Positions 35,988 through 45,168 of a stretch of 64,000 bases of DNA are shown in pieces. Both the position numbers and the translations under genes were made by a program. This DNA comes from Alphaproteobacteria bacterium. Lineage in GTDB: Bacteria > Pseudomonadota > Alphaproteobacteria > SHVR01. A model generated the notes under the pieces. That model was not told where the DNA came from, did not search any database, and was given only the letters and a program-made list of their open reading frames with translations. Within the stretch, counting starts at the first letter, position 1; every line of letters starts with the position of its first letter. The stretch spans positions 2,350 through 66,349 of the forward strand of contig SHVR01000008.1 in the NCBI GenBank assembly GCA_009694185.1. The letters are read 5' to 3'.

Positions 35988-36703
35988 GCGGGGCATCCTG
36001 GACGGCCGTCGTCCTGACGCTGTTCCCCGAGATGTTTCCGGGGCCGCTCGGCCAGTCGTTGGCGGGCAAGGCGCTGGCCCAGGACATCTGGCGGCTGGAG
36101 GCGATCGACATTCGCCGATTTACCCCGGACAAGCACCGGACGGTGGACGACACGCCCTTCGGCGGCGGCCCGGGCATGGTCATGCGGCCCGACATCCTCG
36201 ATGCGGCGATCGCCGGCGGGGCGGACCCCAGGGGACCGGTGCTTTATTTGACGCCGCGTGGCCGGCCGCTCGGCCAGGCGCATGTCCGGCGCCTCGCCGC
36301 GGCGCCCGCCATCACCCTTCTCTGTGGCCGTTATGAAGGGATCGACGAACGAGTGATCGAGGCGCGCCAGGTCGAGGAGGTCAGCATTGGCGACTTCCTC
36401 TTGTCCGGCGGCGAGCCGGCGGCGATTTGCCTCATCGATGCCTGCGTGCGCCTGTTGCCGGGCGTCGTCGGCGAGGCGCAATCGCTCACGGACGAAAGTT
36501 TCGAGCAGGGCCTCCTGGAGCACCCCCTCTATACCAGGCCACAGGATTGGTGCGGGCGGCTTGTGCCGGACGTCTTGCTCTCCGGCCATCATGAAAAGAT
36601 TCGTGCCTGGCGGCTCGCCGAGGCCGAGGCGGCGACACGGACACGCCGACCCGACCTCTGGGCGCGCTACCGGTCGAGCAAGGTCATGGCAACTCGCGAT
36701 TAA
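35984..36703 (+). CDS. trmD: tRNA (guanine37-N1)-methyltransferase
   Basis: [24 protein letters not shown] and [11 protein letters not shown] motifs. ATGA overlap with rimM. Confidence 0.9.
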   Translation: MSGASWTAVVLTLFPEMFPGPLGQSLAGKALAQDIWRLEAIDIRRFTPDKHRTVDDTPFGGGPGMVMRPDILDAAIAGGADPRGPVLYLTPRGRPLGQAHVRRLAAAPAITLLCGRYEGIDERVIEARQVEEVSIGDFLLSGGEPAAICLIDACVRLLPGVVGEAQSLTDESFEQGLLEHPLYTRPQDWCGRLVPDVLLSGHHEKIRAWRLAEAEAATRTRRPDLWARYRSSKVMATRD

Positions 36704-36728
36704 CGGATCGAGCATTGGGGATAGACCG

Positions 36729-37154
36729 ATGAACATCATCGAGCAGATCGAACAGGAACAGGTCGCGCGCTTGAGTGCCGGCAAGCCCAAGCCGACATTC
36801 CGGCCCGGCGACACGCTGCGCGTGAACGTCAAGGTGACGGAGGGCACGCGTCAGCGTATCCAGGCCTTCGAGGGCGTGTGTATCGCGCGCAAGAATGCCG
36901 GCCTCAATTCCGCCTTTACGGTGCGCAAGATTTCGTTCGGCGAGGGGGTGGAGCGCGTCTTCCCGCTGCATTCGCCGATGATCGACAGCATTGAGGTGGT
37001 TCGTTCGGGTCAGGTAGCCCGGGCCAAACTTTATTATTTGCGCGGGCGAACCGGTCGTGCCGCCCGTATCGCCGAGCGCACGCGCGGCCGGGGCGAGGCC
37101 GGTGGCGCGAAAAAGCCCACCGGCGGCGCGAACAAGCCCGTCGACACCCCATAG
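36729..37154 (+). CDS. rplS: 50S ribosomal protein L19
   Basis: [33 protein letters not shown], with a basic C-terminal tail. Confidence 0.95.
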   Translation: MNIIEQIEQEQVARLSAGKPKPTFRPGDTLRVNVKVTEGTRQRIQAFEGVCIARKNAGLNSAFTVRKISFGEGVERVFPLHSPMIDSIEVVRSGQVARAKLYYLRGRTGRAARIAERTRGRGEAGGAKKPTGGANKPVDTP

Positions 37155-37179
37155 GACCGCTGAACGAGAAGGAGCCGCC

Positions 37180-38589
37180 ATGGCGAAGCCGCGCACCTTG
37201 TTCGACAAGATTTGGGACAATCACGTCATCGAGACCCAGGCGGACGGCACTTGCCTGATCTATATCGACCGGCATCTGGTGCATGAGGTCACGAGCCCGC
37301 AGGCTTTCGAGGGTCTCCGGCTTGCCGGGCGCAAGGTCCGGCGGCCCGACGCGACGCTTGCGGTCGCCGACCATAATATCCCGACGACCGACCGCGCCGG
37401 GGGCATCAGCGACGAGGAATCGCGCATCCAGGTCGAGACCCTGGAGAAGAATTGCACCGATTTCCAGGTGCCCTATCTGCCGGTGCTCGACGTGCGCCAG
37501 GGCATCGTCCACATCATCGGACCGGAACAGGGCCTGACCCAGCCGGGCATGACCATCGTGTGCGGCGACAGCCATACCTCGACCCATGGCGCCGTCGGCG
37601 CGCTGGCGTTCGGCATCGGCACCTCGGAGGTCGAGCATGTGCTCGCCACCCAGACGCTGATCCAGCGCCCCGCCAAGAACATGCGCGTGACAGTGTCCGG
37701 CACCCTAGCGAAGGGCGTCGGTGCCAAGGACGTGATCCTGGCGATCATCGGCAAGATCGGCACCGCCGGCGGCACCGGCCATGTCATCGAATATGCGGGC
37801 GACGTGGTGCGTAACCTTTCGATGGAAGGGCGCATGACTGTCTGCAACATGTCGATCGAGGCGGGTGCCCGCGCTGGCCTGGTGGCCCCCGACGAGGCGA
37901 CATTCGAGTATCTGAAGGGCCGGCCGATGGCTCCCAAGGGGGCCGCGTGGGAGCAGGCGATCGCCTTCTGGAAAACGCTGCCCTCCGACCCCGGGGCGCG
38001 CTACGACACGGAGCTGACGCTGGCGGCCGGCGACATCGCGCCGCTGGTCACCTGGGGCACGAGCCCCCAGGACGTGCTGCCGATCACCGCCAACGTTCCC
38101 AATCCCGCCGACGAGGCGGACCCGGGCAAGCGGCAGTCGATGCAGCGCTCGATCGACTATATGGGCCTCACGCCCGGCATGGCGCTCAACCAGGTCAAGG
38201 TCGATACAGTTTTCATCGGCTCTTGCACCAATGGCCGGATCGAAGACATGCGCCAGGCGGCGGCGGTCGCCAAGGGCCGCCGGGTGGCCGCCCATGTCCG
38301 CGCCCTGGTGGTGCCGGGCTCGGGCCTCGTCAAGGTGCAGGCCGAGGAAGAGGGCCTCGATCGGGTCTTTCTTGAAGCGGGCTTCGAATGGCGCGAGCCC
38401 GGCTGTTCGATGTGCCTTGCCATGAACGAGGACAAGCTGAAGCCGGGCGAGCGGTCGGCTTCCACCTCGAACCGCAATTTCGAGGGCCGGCAGGGTCCGG
38501 GCGGGCGAACCCATCTGGTCAGTCCGGCCATGGCGGCCGCGGCGGCGATCCGGGGAACGCTTGCCGATGTGCGCGAGCTGCTGTCGTGA
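37180..38589 (+). CDS. leuC: 3-isopropylmalate dehydratase large subunit
   Basis: [24 protein letters not shown] and [10 protein letters not shown] aconitase-family motifs. Confidence 0.95.
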   Translation: MAKPRTLFDKIWDNHVIETQADGTCLIYIDRHLVHEVTSPQAFEGLRLAGRKVRRPDATLAVADHNIPTTDRAGGISDEESRIQVETLEKNCTDFQVPYLPVLDVRQGIVHIIGPEQGLTQPGMTIVCGDSHTSTHGAVGALAFGIGTSEVEHVLATQTLIQRPAKNMRVTVSGTLAKGVGAKDVILAIIGKIGTAGGTGHVIEYAGDVVRNLSMEGRMTVCNMSIEAGARAGLVAPDEATFEYLKGRPMAPKGAAWEQAIAFWKTLPSDPGARYDTELTLAAGDIAPLVTWGTSPQDVLPITANVPNPADEADPGKRQSMQRSIDYMGLTPGMALNQVKVDTVFIGSCTNGRIEDMRQAAAVAKGRRVAAHVRALVVPGSGLVKVQAEEEGLDRVFLEAGFEWREPGCSMCLAMNEDKLKPGERSASTSNRNFEGRQGPGGRTHLVSPAMAAAAAIRGTLADVRELLS

Positions 38590-38792
38590 GCGCCCGCCTG
38601 CAACGCCACGGCATCGACCGGTGCGGCCGACTGGCTGGCGCGGGAATGGGCGAGATGCTGCTCCGCGATCAGCGGACCGGGCGGTTGCAGCCGATCGCCT
38701 CGATCGACTTCGGCCTGCCGGACGATTTCGGCGACGATGACGACGACCTGGATCTCGGTCTCTGGGCCATGCTTGGCCGAGAGCGTTCGTAG
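38586..38792 (+). CDS. small hypothetical protein with acidic C-terminus, between leuC and leuD
   Basis: 68-codon ORF with host-like high GC3. The GTG overlaps the leuC stop as GTGA. I recognised no homology. Confidence 0.3.
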   Translation: MSARLQRHGIDRCGRLAGAGMGEMLLRDQRTGRLQPIASIDFGLPDDFGDDDDDLDLGLWAMLGRERS

Positions 38793-38805
38793 GAGGCATC
38801 ATCCG

Positions 38806-39417
38806 ATGGACAAATTCGCAAAGCTGAGCGGCATCGCCGCGCCCTTGCCCGCCATCAACATCGACACCGACAAGATCATCCCGGCCCGCTTCCTCAAAAC
38901 CATCAAGCGCACTGGGCTCGGCAAGAACCTGTTCAACGACTGGAAGCTCAATGCCGACGGCACCGAGCGGGCGGATTTCGCGCTCAACGAGCCGGCCTAC
39001 AAAAAGGCCGAGATCCTGGTCGTGGGCGAGAATTTCGGCTGCGGGTCAAGCCGCGAGCATGCGCCCTGGGCGCTCACCGACGCCGGCATCAAATGCGTTA
39101 TCGGGACAAGTTTTGCCGACATCTTCTTCAACAACAGCTTCAAGAACGGCCTCTTGCTGATCAAGCTTGCACCAACCGACGTTGAGAAGCTGATGGAAGA
39201 CGCCAAGGGCGGCCATAATGCCCGGATCACGGTCGATTTGGAGCAACAGGAGATCGTGCGGCCGAACGGCGCGGTCATCCGCTTCGACATCGAACCCTTC
39301 CGCAAGAAGTGCCTCACGGAAGGGCTGGACGATATCGCCTTGAGCCTGAAACAGGCGCCCGCCATCGATGCGTTCGAGGGGCGGGACCGGCTCTCGCGAC
39401 CCTGGCTCTATAGCTGA
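38806..39417 (+). CDS. leuD: 3-isopropylmalate dehydratase small subunit
   Basis: [31 protein letters not shown] and [17 protein letters not shown]. Confidence 0.95.
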   Translation: MDKFAKLSGIAAPLPAINIDTDKIIPARFLKTIKRTGLGKNLFNDWKLNADGTERADFALNEPAYKKAEILVVGENFGCGSSREHAPWALTDAGIKCVIGTSFADIFFNNSFKNGLLLIKLAPTDVEKLMEDAKGGHNARITVDLEQQEIVRPNGAVIRFDIEPFRKKCLTEGLDDIALSLKQAPAIDAFEGRDRLSRPWLYS

Positions 39418-39443
39418 CGATCGGGCGGAAAAGGGCATCGGAG

Positions 39444-40559
39444 ATGGCGGCGAACAAGAAGTTGCTGGTGTTGGCGGGCGATGGCATCGGGCCGGAAGTG
39501 GTGGGGCAGGTGCGCCGCGTCATCGACTGGCTGGATAAGCGACGGCATGTCAGCTTCGACGTTAGCGAGGGGCTCTGCGGCGGGGCGGCGCTCGATGCGC
39601 ACGGCACGCCGCTCAAGGACGAGACCCTGGCCGAGGCACTCGCCGCCGACGCGGTGCTGTTCGGCTCGGTGGGCGGCCCGAAATGGGACAATCTGCCCTT
39701 CGAGAAGAAGCCCGAGCGGGGCCTCCTGCGCCTCCGCAAGGAGATGGACCTGTTTGCCAATCTCCGACCGGCCATGGTCTTCGAGGCACTCGCCGACGCC
39801 TCCAGCCTGAAGCCCGGTCTGGTCAAGGGCCTTAACATCATGATCGTGCGCGAGGGGACGGGCGGCATCTATTTCGGGTCGCCCCGCGGCATCGAGACCC
39901 TGCCGGACGGGTCGAGGCGCGGCATCAACACCCAGGTCTACACCACGGCGGAGATCCAGCGCGTGGCGCGCGTCGCGTTCGAGCTGGCGGGCAAGCGCGC
40001 CAAGCGGGTCTGCTCGGTCGAGAAGGCCAATGTCATGGAGAGCGGCCAGCTTTGGCGCGAGGAAGTGCAGGCGCTCCGCGACAAGTCCTTCGCCCATATC
40101 GAGCTCTCGCACATGTATGCCGATAACTGCGCGATGCAGCTTGTCCGCCAACCGATGCAGTTCGACGTCATCGTCACCTGCAACCTGTTCGGTGACATCC
40201 TGTCCGACTGCGCGGCGATGCTGACCGGCTCGCTCGGCATGCTGCCTTCGGCCTCGCTTGGGCCGCTCGATGCCAAGACCGGCCGCCGCCACGCGCTCTA
40301 TGAGCCGGTGCATGGCAGTGCGCCGGATATTGCCGGCCAGGGCAAGGCCAACCCGCTCGCCGAACTGCTGAGCTTCGCGATGCTGCTCCGCTATTCCTTC
40401 GACATGGGCGAGGACGCCGATCTCATCGAAAACGCGGTCCAGAACGTGCTGGCGGCCGGGGTGCGCACGGGCGATATCCTCGGCCCCGGCATGCAGCCGG
40501 TCTCGACTAGCGCCATGGGCGATGCGATCCTCAAACAGCTCGATCGCCTGGCGGCCTGA
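39444..40559 (+). CDS. leuB: 3-isopropylmalate dehydrogenase
   Basis: [21 protein letters not shown] and [12 protein letters not shown] motifs. Confidence 0.95.
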   Translation: MAANKKLLVLAGDGIGPEVVGQVRRVIDWLDKRRHVSFDVSEGLCGGAALDAHGTPLKDETLAEALAADAVLFGSVGGPKWDNLPFEKKPERGLLRLRKEMDLFANLRPAMVFEALADASSLKPGLVKGLNIMIVREGTGGIYFGSPRGIETLPDGSRRGINTQVYTTAEIQRVARVAFELAGKRAKRVCSVEKANVMESGQLWREEVQALRDKSFAHIELSHMYADNCAMQLVRQPMQFDVIVTCNLFGDILSDCAAMLTGSLGMLPSASLGPLDAKTGRRHALYEPVHGSAPDIAGQGKANPLAELLSFAMLLRYSFDMGEDADLIENAVQNVLAAGVRTGDILGPGMQPVSTSAMGDAILKQLDRLAA

Positions 40560-40656
40560 GGGCGGCCCCTTGCAAAGGGGGGGTGCGGCGCGTATCTGAG
40601 CGGAACGGCGCGGCGCGCGTTGCCGCGTCTAATCCTTATGTTGTTGGGAACAGATC

Positions 40657-41670
40657 ATGGGTTATCGGGTCGCGGTCGTTGGTGCCACGGGCGCCGTCGG
40701 GTATCAGCTTCTCTCCATTCTGGCCGAGCGCCAGTTTCCCGCCGACGAGGTGGTGGCGCTGGCGTCCACCCGGTCGGCCGGCGGCGAGGTATCCTTTGGC
40801 GAGGACATCACGCTCAAGGTTCGGGACCTGGAGAAGTTCGACTTCAAGGGCGTCGATATCGCATTGTTTTCGTCGGGCGCGGCGATTTCCAAGCTGCATG
40901 CGCCGCGCGCCGCCAAGGCGAACTGCATCGTCATCGACAATAGCTCCGAGTTCCGCATGGAGCCGGACGTGCCGCTGGTGGTGCCGGAAGTCAATCCCGA
41001 CGCCATCGCGGACTATAACCAGCGCTACATCATCGCCAACCCCAACTGTTCCACCATCCAGATGGTGATGGCCCTGAAGCCGCTGCATGACTTGTCGCCC
41101 ATCAAGCGCGTGGTGGTGGCGACCTACCAGTCGGTCTCGGGCGGCGGCAAGGAGGCGATGGACGAGCTCTGGTCCCAGACCCGTGGCCTCTATCAGCTCG
41201 AGAACGCCAAGCCGCAACAGCACACCAAGCAGATCGCCTTCAACGTCATCCCGCATATCGACATGTTCATGCCGGACGGGTCGACCAAGGAAGAATGGAA
41301 GATGGCCGAGGAGACCAGGAAGATCCTGGACCCTGAAATCCTGATCTCGGCGACCTGTGTCAGGGTGCCGGTTTTCGTCGGTCATTCCGAGGCGGTGAAT
41401 ATCGAGTTCTGGGAGGCCATGGACGAGAAGGCGGCGAGGCGTGCCCTTGCCCAAGCGCCGGGCGTCGTCGTCGAAGACAAGCGCGACGATGGCGGCTATG
41501 TGACGCCGATCGACTGCGTTGGCGAGAATGCGGTCTATGTTAGCCGTATTCGCCGCGACCCGACGGTGGAGCACGGCCTCAATCTCTGGATCGTCTCCGA
41601 CAATCTGCGCAAGGGGGCCGCCTGGAACGCCGTCCAGATCGCCGAGAAGCTGGTCTCGGATTATCTCTGA
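40657..41670 (+). CDS. asd: aspartate-semialdehyde dehydrogenase
   Basis: VAVVGATGAVG, IANPNCSTIQMV (active-site Cys) and RVPVFVGHSE motifs. Confidence 0.95.
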   Translation: MGYRVAVVGATGAVGYQLLSILAERQFPADEVVALASTRSAGGEVSFGEDITLKVRDLEKFDFKGVDIALFSSGAAISKLHAPRAAKANCIVIDNSSEFRMEPDVPLVVPEVNPDAIADYNQRYIIANPNCSTIQMVMALKPLHDLSPIKRVVVATYQSVSGGGKEAMDELWSQTRGLYQLENAKPQQHTKQIAFNVIPHIDMFMPDGSTKEEWKMAEETRKILDPEILISATCVRVPVFVGHSEAVNIEFWEAMDEKAARRALAQAPGVVVEDKRDDGGYVTPIDCVGENAVYVSRIRRDPTVEHGLNLWIVSDNLRKGAAWNAVQIAEKLVSDYL

Positions 41671-41801
41671 GCGGGGCCGGGATACTATTTCGCATCGGGC
41701 GCCGCGGGCGGGATTAAGCCGTTTGGGCTTTGCCTGATAGGTGGACGTTTGGCCGTGCTCGCTCTGGCCATCGTCGTGCAGCCAATCTGGATCGAGTAAG
41801 C

Positions 41802-42212
41802 ATGGCGCGTCAACCGCAACAACTGCCGCCCCGAGTTCCCTTATCACCCGAGCAGATCAGAGCGGCCAGCTATGTCGGAAGTAGCGAACATAAGGTTAAG
41901 CGCTGGTGGGGTGGCCTGCCAGGCGCCTATGCCGGCCCGAACGGCAAAGCCACGCGACCGAAGAAGCAGCTGACGACAATTTGCCCGCTTACGACCGAAG
42001 CCGACCTTCTAAAGGCGACGGGGTGGGTGCGTGCCGCACTCACCGCCGGGCAGATGAGGCACTACGAGGGGGACAAGGACTTCCCGCGCCGTATTTGGTA
42101 CCGTGAAACGGCGACAGGCCAGTTGTGGACCGGCTACTGCGTAAACGGTGTTCAGGGCCAGTATAAGGGATGGCCTATTGAGGAGGACCAACGTGTTGCG
42201 GTATTCGGTTGA
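41802..42212 (+). CDS. hypothetical small basic protein (136 aa), first gene of a two-gene cassette
   Basis: Clean ORF in which about 30% of codons end in A or T, against a strongly GC3-biased host. The C-terminal motif is DKDFPRRIWYRE...GQYKGWPIEED. I could not assign a family. Confidence 0.6.
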   Translation: MARQPQQLPPRVPLSPEQIRAASYVGSSEHKVKRWWGGLPGAYAGPNGKATRPKKQLTTICPLTTEADLLKATGWVRAALTAGQMRHYEGDKDFPRRIWYRETATGQLWTGYCVNGVQGQYKGWPIEEDQRVAVFG

Positions 42213-43470
42213 ATGGCATGAGGATGCGTCCAATGCCGCGCCCGAGGAACGCGCGACAGTGGCCGATGTCAGGCTGGTCTTGCAGCAGCAGAACGTCTCA
42301 CTCCACCTGCGTGGAAACGAGAGCGCCGACCACCTCACGATCCCGTTGTACAGCTTGGCCGAGGGTTTGGCGCATGACTGGTGGACCTTGTTTGGGGGAC
42401 GTGATCGCGAGCTTTCGTTGATCAAACATCGAAGTGGCTATGCGGTGCCCGATCTGCGCATGAGCTTCGATGGAACCGTCTTCCAAATCTCGGCGCATCA
42501 ATGCACTTACCATAATCCGGACGTCCGATTCTGGGCTGGTCCGACCGAGGTCATGAGCCGGGACCCAGCAGAAGCCATCCTCAGCGACTTCGTCCAACGG
42601 GTCCTCGATAGGCTCAGCGCGCGTGGGGTGCTTGGAACGAGTGCCGCGCTTCGGTGGGCGCGCGTACAAAAATCCAGAGCCAACCCGGATGAAGCAGTTT
42701 TCTGCGAGGCGGCGGGTGCACTTGGCCGTGATCCTTACCAGATTGATGAACAAAGCACAGGACTGATCGCGCAGGCCGCCGCTTTGTTTGAAGGCGAAGC
42801 CCTACTAGAATTCCTCGCTGGTGCCGGTCCCGCAAACCAACCTGACCTTATGAAATGGGTCGACGCCGTCGAACGTCGCCCGCGATATAAGGCCCGGGTC
42901 GCCGAGCTTCGGCGGGTTGCCGCAGATACCGTTCGGGGGGCGCCGGAGCGTGACTTCGAAAAGAGCTGGGCTCTAGGTTACCGCCGAGCCAGGGCCATGC
43001 GCCGCGTTCTCAATCTCCGGGAAAGCGACCGCTTCCGCTCGTTCAGAACCCTGGCGGAGCGGCTCGGTGCGAGCCAATCCTATGCTCTAGCCGGCCCCGT
43101 GGATGGCTTGCGCGCGCTCCGAAGCGATCGAGCCGATGGTGCTTACATCCATATGCGCGCTCACGGCAACTCGAATGAAGCGAAGGCCGCGCACCTGTTC
43201 AGTTTTACGCGAGCCGTGGGAGATGTCGTCTGCTTTCCTGCCGAGGATAGGGCGCCCATAAACGAGCTCCATTCCGCATACCGGCAAGAGGCGGGACGCG
43301 CTTTTGCCGCGGAGTTCCTAGCGCCTATCGATGAGCTGCGTTCGATGCGCGAGGGTGGACGGGATACCGTTTCGATCGCTGATGAATTCGGCGTGTCTAC
43401 GGCGGTAATCGAGCGACAATGGGAAAATAGGGACAGGATCGAAGAGGTGCGCGCGCAGCAGCCAGCCTAA
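42193..43470 (+). CDS. hypothetical 425-aa protein with an unknown N-terminal domain and a degenerate ImmA/IrrE (COG2856)-like C-terminal domain
   Basis: GTG at 42193 lies 6 nt after GAGGAGG and overlaps the upstream gene by 20 nt. The C-terminus QEAGRAFAAEFLAPIDEL...IADEFGVSTAVIERQ resembles ImmA/IrrE. The expected HExxH position reads FTRAVGD. Confidence 0.65.
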   Translation: MLRYSVEWHEDASNAAPEERATVADVRLVLQQQNVSLHLRGNESADHLTIPLYSLAEGLAHDWWTLFGGRDRELSLIKHRSGYAVPDLRMSFDGTVFQISAHQCTYHNPDVRFWAGPTEVMSRDPAEAILSDFVQRVLDRLSARGVLGTSAALRWARVQKSRANPDEAVFCEAAGALGRDPYQIDEQSTGLIAQAAALFEGEALLEFLAGAGPANQPDLMKWVDAVERRPRYKARVAELRRVAADTVRGAPERDFEKSWALGYRRARAMRRVLNLRESDRFRSFRTLAERLGASQSYALAGPVDGLRALRSDRADGAYIHMRAHGNSNEAKAAHLFSFTRAVGDVVCFPAEDRAPINELHSAYRQEAGRAFAAEFLAPIDELRSMREGGRDTVSIADEFGVSTAVIERQWENRDRIEEVRAQQPA

Positions 43471-43488
43471 CCTCTGTGCTTGCACACG

Positions 43489-44328
43489 CTACGCGACCTT
43501 CGTGACCGCCACCAGCCGGGGCGGTGCCAGGACGGCATCGAGCGCCGCCAGGAGGGCGAGTTCGTCGCCCGCTTCCGCCTCTGTCGCCAGCAGGACAGCT
43601 TGAACGGTGGACGCCGCAAGCCCGAGTGCCCGCGCCGGGTCCGCCTTCTCCAGATAACGGCCGAGAAAGACGGCGGTAAAGAGGTCGCCCGCGCCATTCG
43701 AGGGCACGTTGATCCGGGGCACCGTCACCGACCAGACGGCGGCATGGGTGACGGCAAGGGTCTCGATCGCCGTTCCAGACCCAATCCCCGTGACGACGAC
43801 GAGGCGCTGTCCGCGCCCGAGCAGCAGCCGTGCCGCCCGGACCGCCTCGACGCGGCCGGTCACCGGCTGGCCGGTCAATTGCTCGAGCTCGAAGGCGTTC
43901 GGTGTCGCGAGGTCGGCCAGCGGCACCAGGCGGTCACGGAAGACCGCTGGGATGTCCGCTTGCACGAACAGGCCCGTGGGTCGATCGCCCATGACCGGAT
44001 CGCAACAATAGAGGGCTCCCGGATGGGCGGCGCGGACCGCGTCGACCGCTTCGCTCACCACCCAGCCGGTTTCGGCAAGGCCGAGATAGCCACTGAGTAC
44101 GGCGGCGGGGCGGGCCAGCAGTCCGCGTTCGGCAAGGCCCTGGAGCAGATCGCGCAAGTTCGCCGCCGGCACCGGGCGGCCGCGATAGCCGCCATGGGCC
44201 GGATGGTTGCTGAGCACCACGGTATCGAGCGGCCAGGCGCCGATGGCGAGCCGCTGGAGCGCTGGCACGGCAATGCTGTTGCCGACATGACCATAGACGA
44301 CCCGCGACTGGATGGAGAGGACAGTCAT
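43489..44328 (-). CDS. pdxY: pyridoxal kinase (PdxY-type)
   Basis: VLSIQSRVVYGHVGNSIA...WPLDTVVLSNHP...SGYLG...CDPVMGD...GAGDLF aligns with E. coli PdxY as I remember it. Confidence 0.85.
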   Translation of the reverse strand: MTVLSIQSRVVYGHVGNSIAVPALQRLAIGAWPLDTVVLSNHPAHGGYRGRPVPAANLRDLLQGLAERGLLARPAAVLSGYLGLAETGWVVSEAVDAVRAAHPGALYCCDPVMGDRPTGLFVQADIPAVFRDRLVPLADLATPNAFELEQLTGQPVTGRVEAVRAARLLLGRGQRLVVVTGIGSGTAIETLAVTHAAVWSVTVPRINVPSNGAGDLFTAVFLGRYLEKADPARALGLAASTVQAVLLATEAEAGDELALLAALDAVLAPPRLVAVTKVA

Positions 44329-44342
44329 CGCCCGAGAATCGT

Positions 44343-45029
44343 TCAGGCCGACGCCTTGTCGCGTATCCACGCGAAGCGCAGCGCCACTCCATCGAGGATG
44401 CGCTCGACGCTCACCTGGTTCGCGGCCATCACCGGTGCTCCGATCGTGGCGGTAAAGGCGCGAAACTCCTCGAAGCCCGTGTCCTTGTCGCTGAAGGAAT
44501 GAACCAGCAGCATGGCGTGCTTAGCTTGCTCGTGCTGCGCCTCGAACAAGGCCGACGCGGTGCGCCGGACGAGAGGATAGTTCAAGGCCTGGCAATCCTT
44601 GGGATCGACCGAGAGTGTTTGGCAAAGCGTATTCAGTCGTCGCTCGCGCGCCACGCTGTCTTTCCAATGGGCGACGCTCGGGCCGAAATCCTCGTCGCGC
44701 TTGCCTTCGACCGCGATCACGGCGCGCCCGTCCTTGAGCTCGGCGGACACCATCAGGTTGGTGTCGTTCGGGCCGCCGAACGAGCGAAGGTCGGTCTGCT
44801 TGACGAAAATCGCCTTGAGCAGCTTGATCCCGGCATAGGCCGGCACGGTCGCGAGCACCTGGCGCACGGCTGGCGGGAAGTCGCCCGCGTTGACCCAGGC
44901 GAAGGCCAGTTCGAAGGCACTGCTGCCCGGGAGCCATTGCGCATCCGGATCGGGGAGCGAGCGGCGTACGTCACGCGCGTCTATCACGGGGATGGTGTCC
45001 CCGAGGCGTTCGCGGAAAAAAAGTGTCAT
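44343..45029 (-). CDS. hypothetical protein with a PD-(D/E)xK nuclease-like core
   Basis: 228 aa. DTNLMVSAELKDGRAVIAVEGKRDEDFG fits a D...E-x-K motif. It also has a RRTASALFEA...AMLLVHSFS segment. GC is locally lower, about 52% in a sampled 60-mer. Confidence 0.55.
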   Translation of the reverse strand: MTLFFRERLGDTIPVIDARDVRRSLPDPDAQWLPGSSAFELAFAWVNAGDFPPAVRQVLATVPAYAGIKLLKAIFVKQTDLRSFGGPNDTNLMVSAELKDGRAVIAVEGKRDEDFGPSVAHWKDSVARERRLNTLCQTLSVDPKDCQALNYPLVRRTASALFEAQHEQAKHAMLLVHSFSDKDTGFEEFRAFTATIGAPVMAANQVSVERILDGVALRFAWIRDKASA

Positions 45030-45168
45030 AGAGGTTCGGCGCTCTTGTTATCTGTTGCTTAAGCGGCCCCTAGCTTGCCACATGCGGAGCGCGGTTTGTA
45101 GTGTTCCGCGCGGGTGCCGGATTGTCCCTAGAGGTCGTCATGGTACGAAGCACGAACTATAAGGCACG

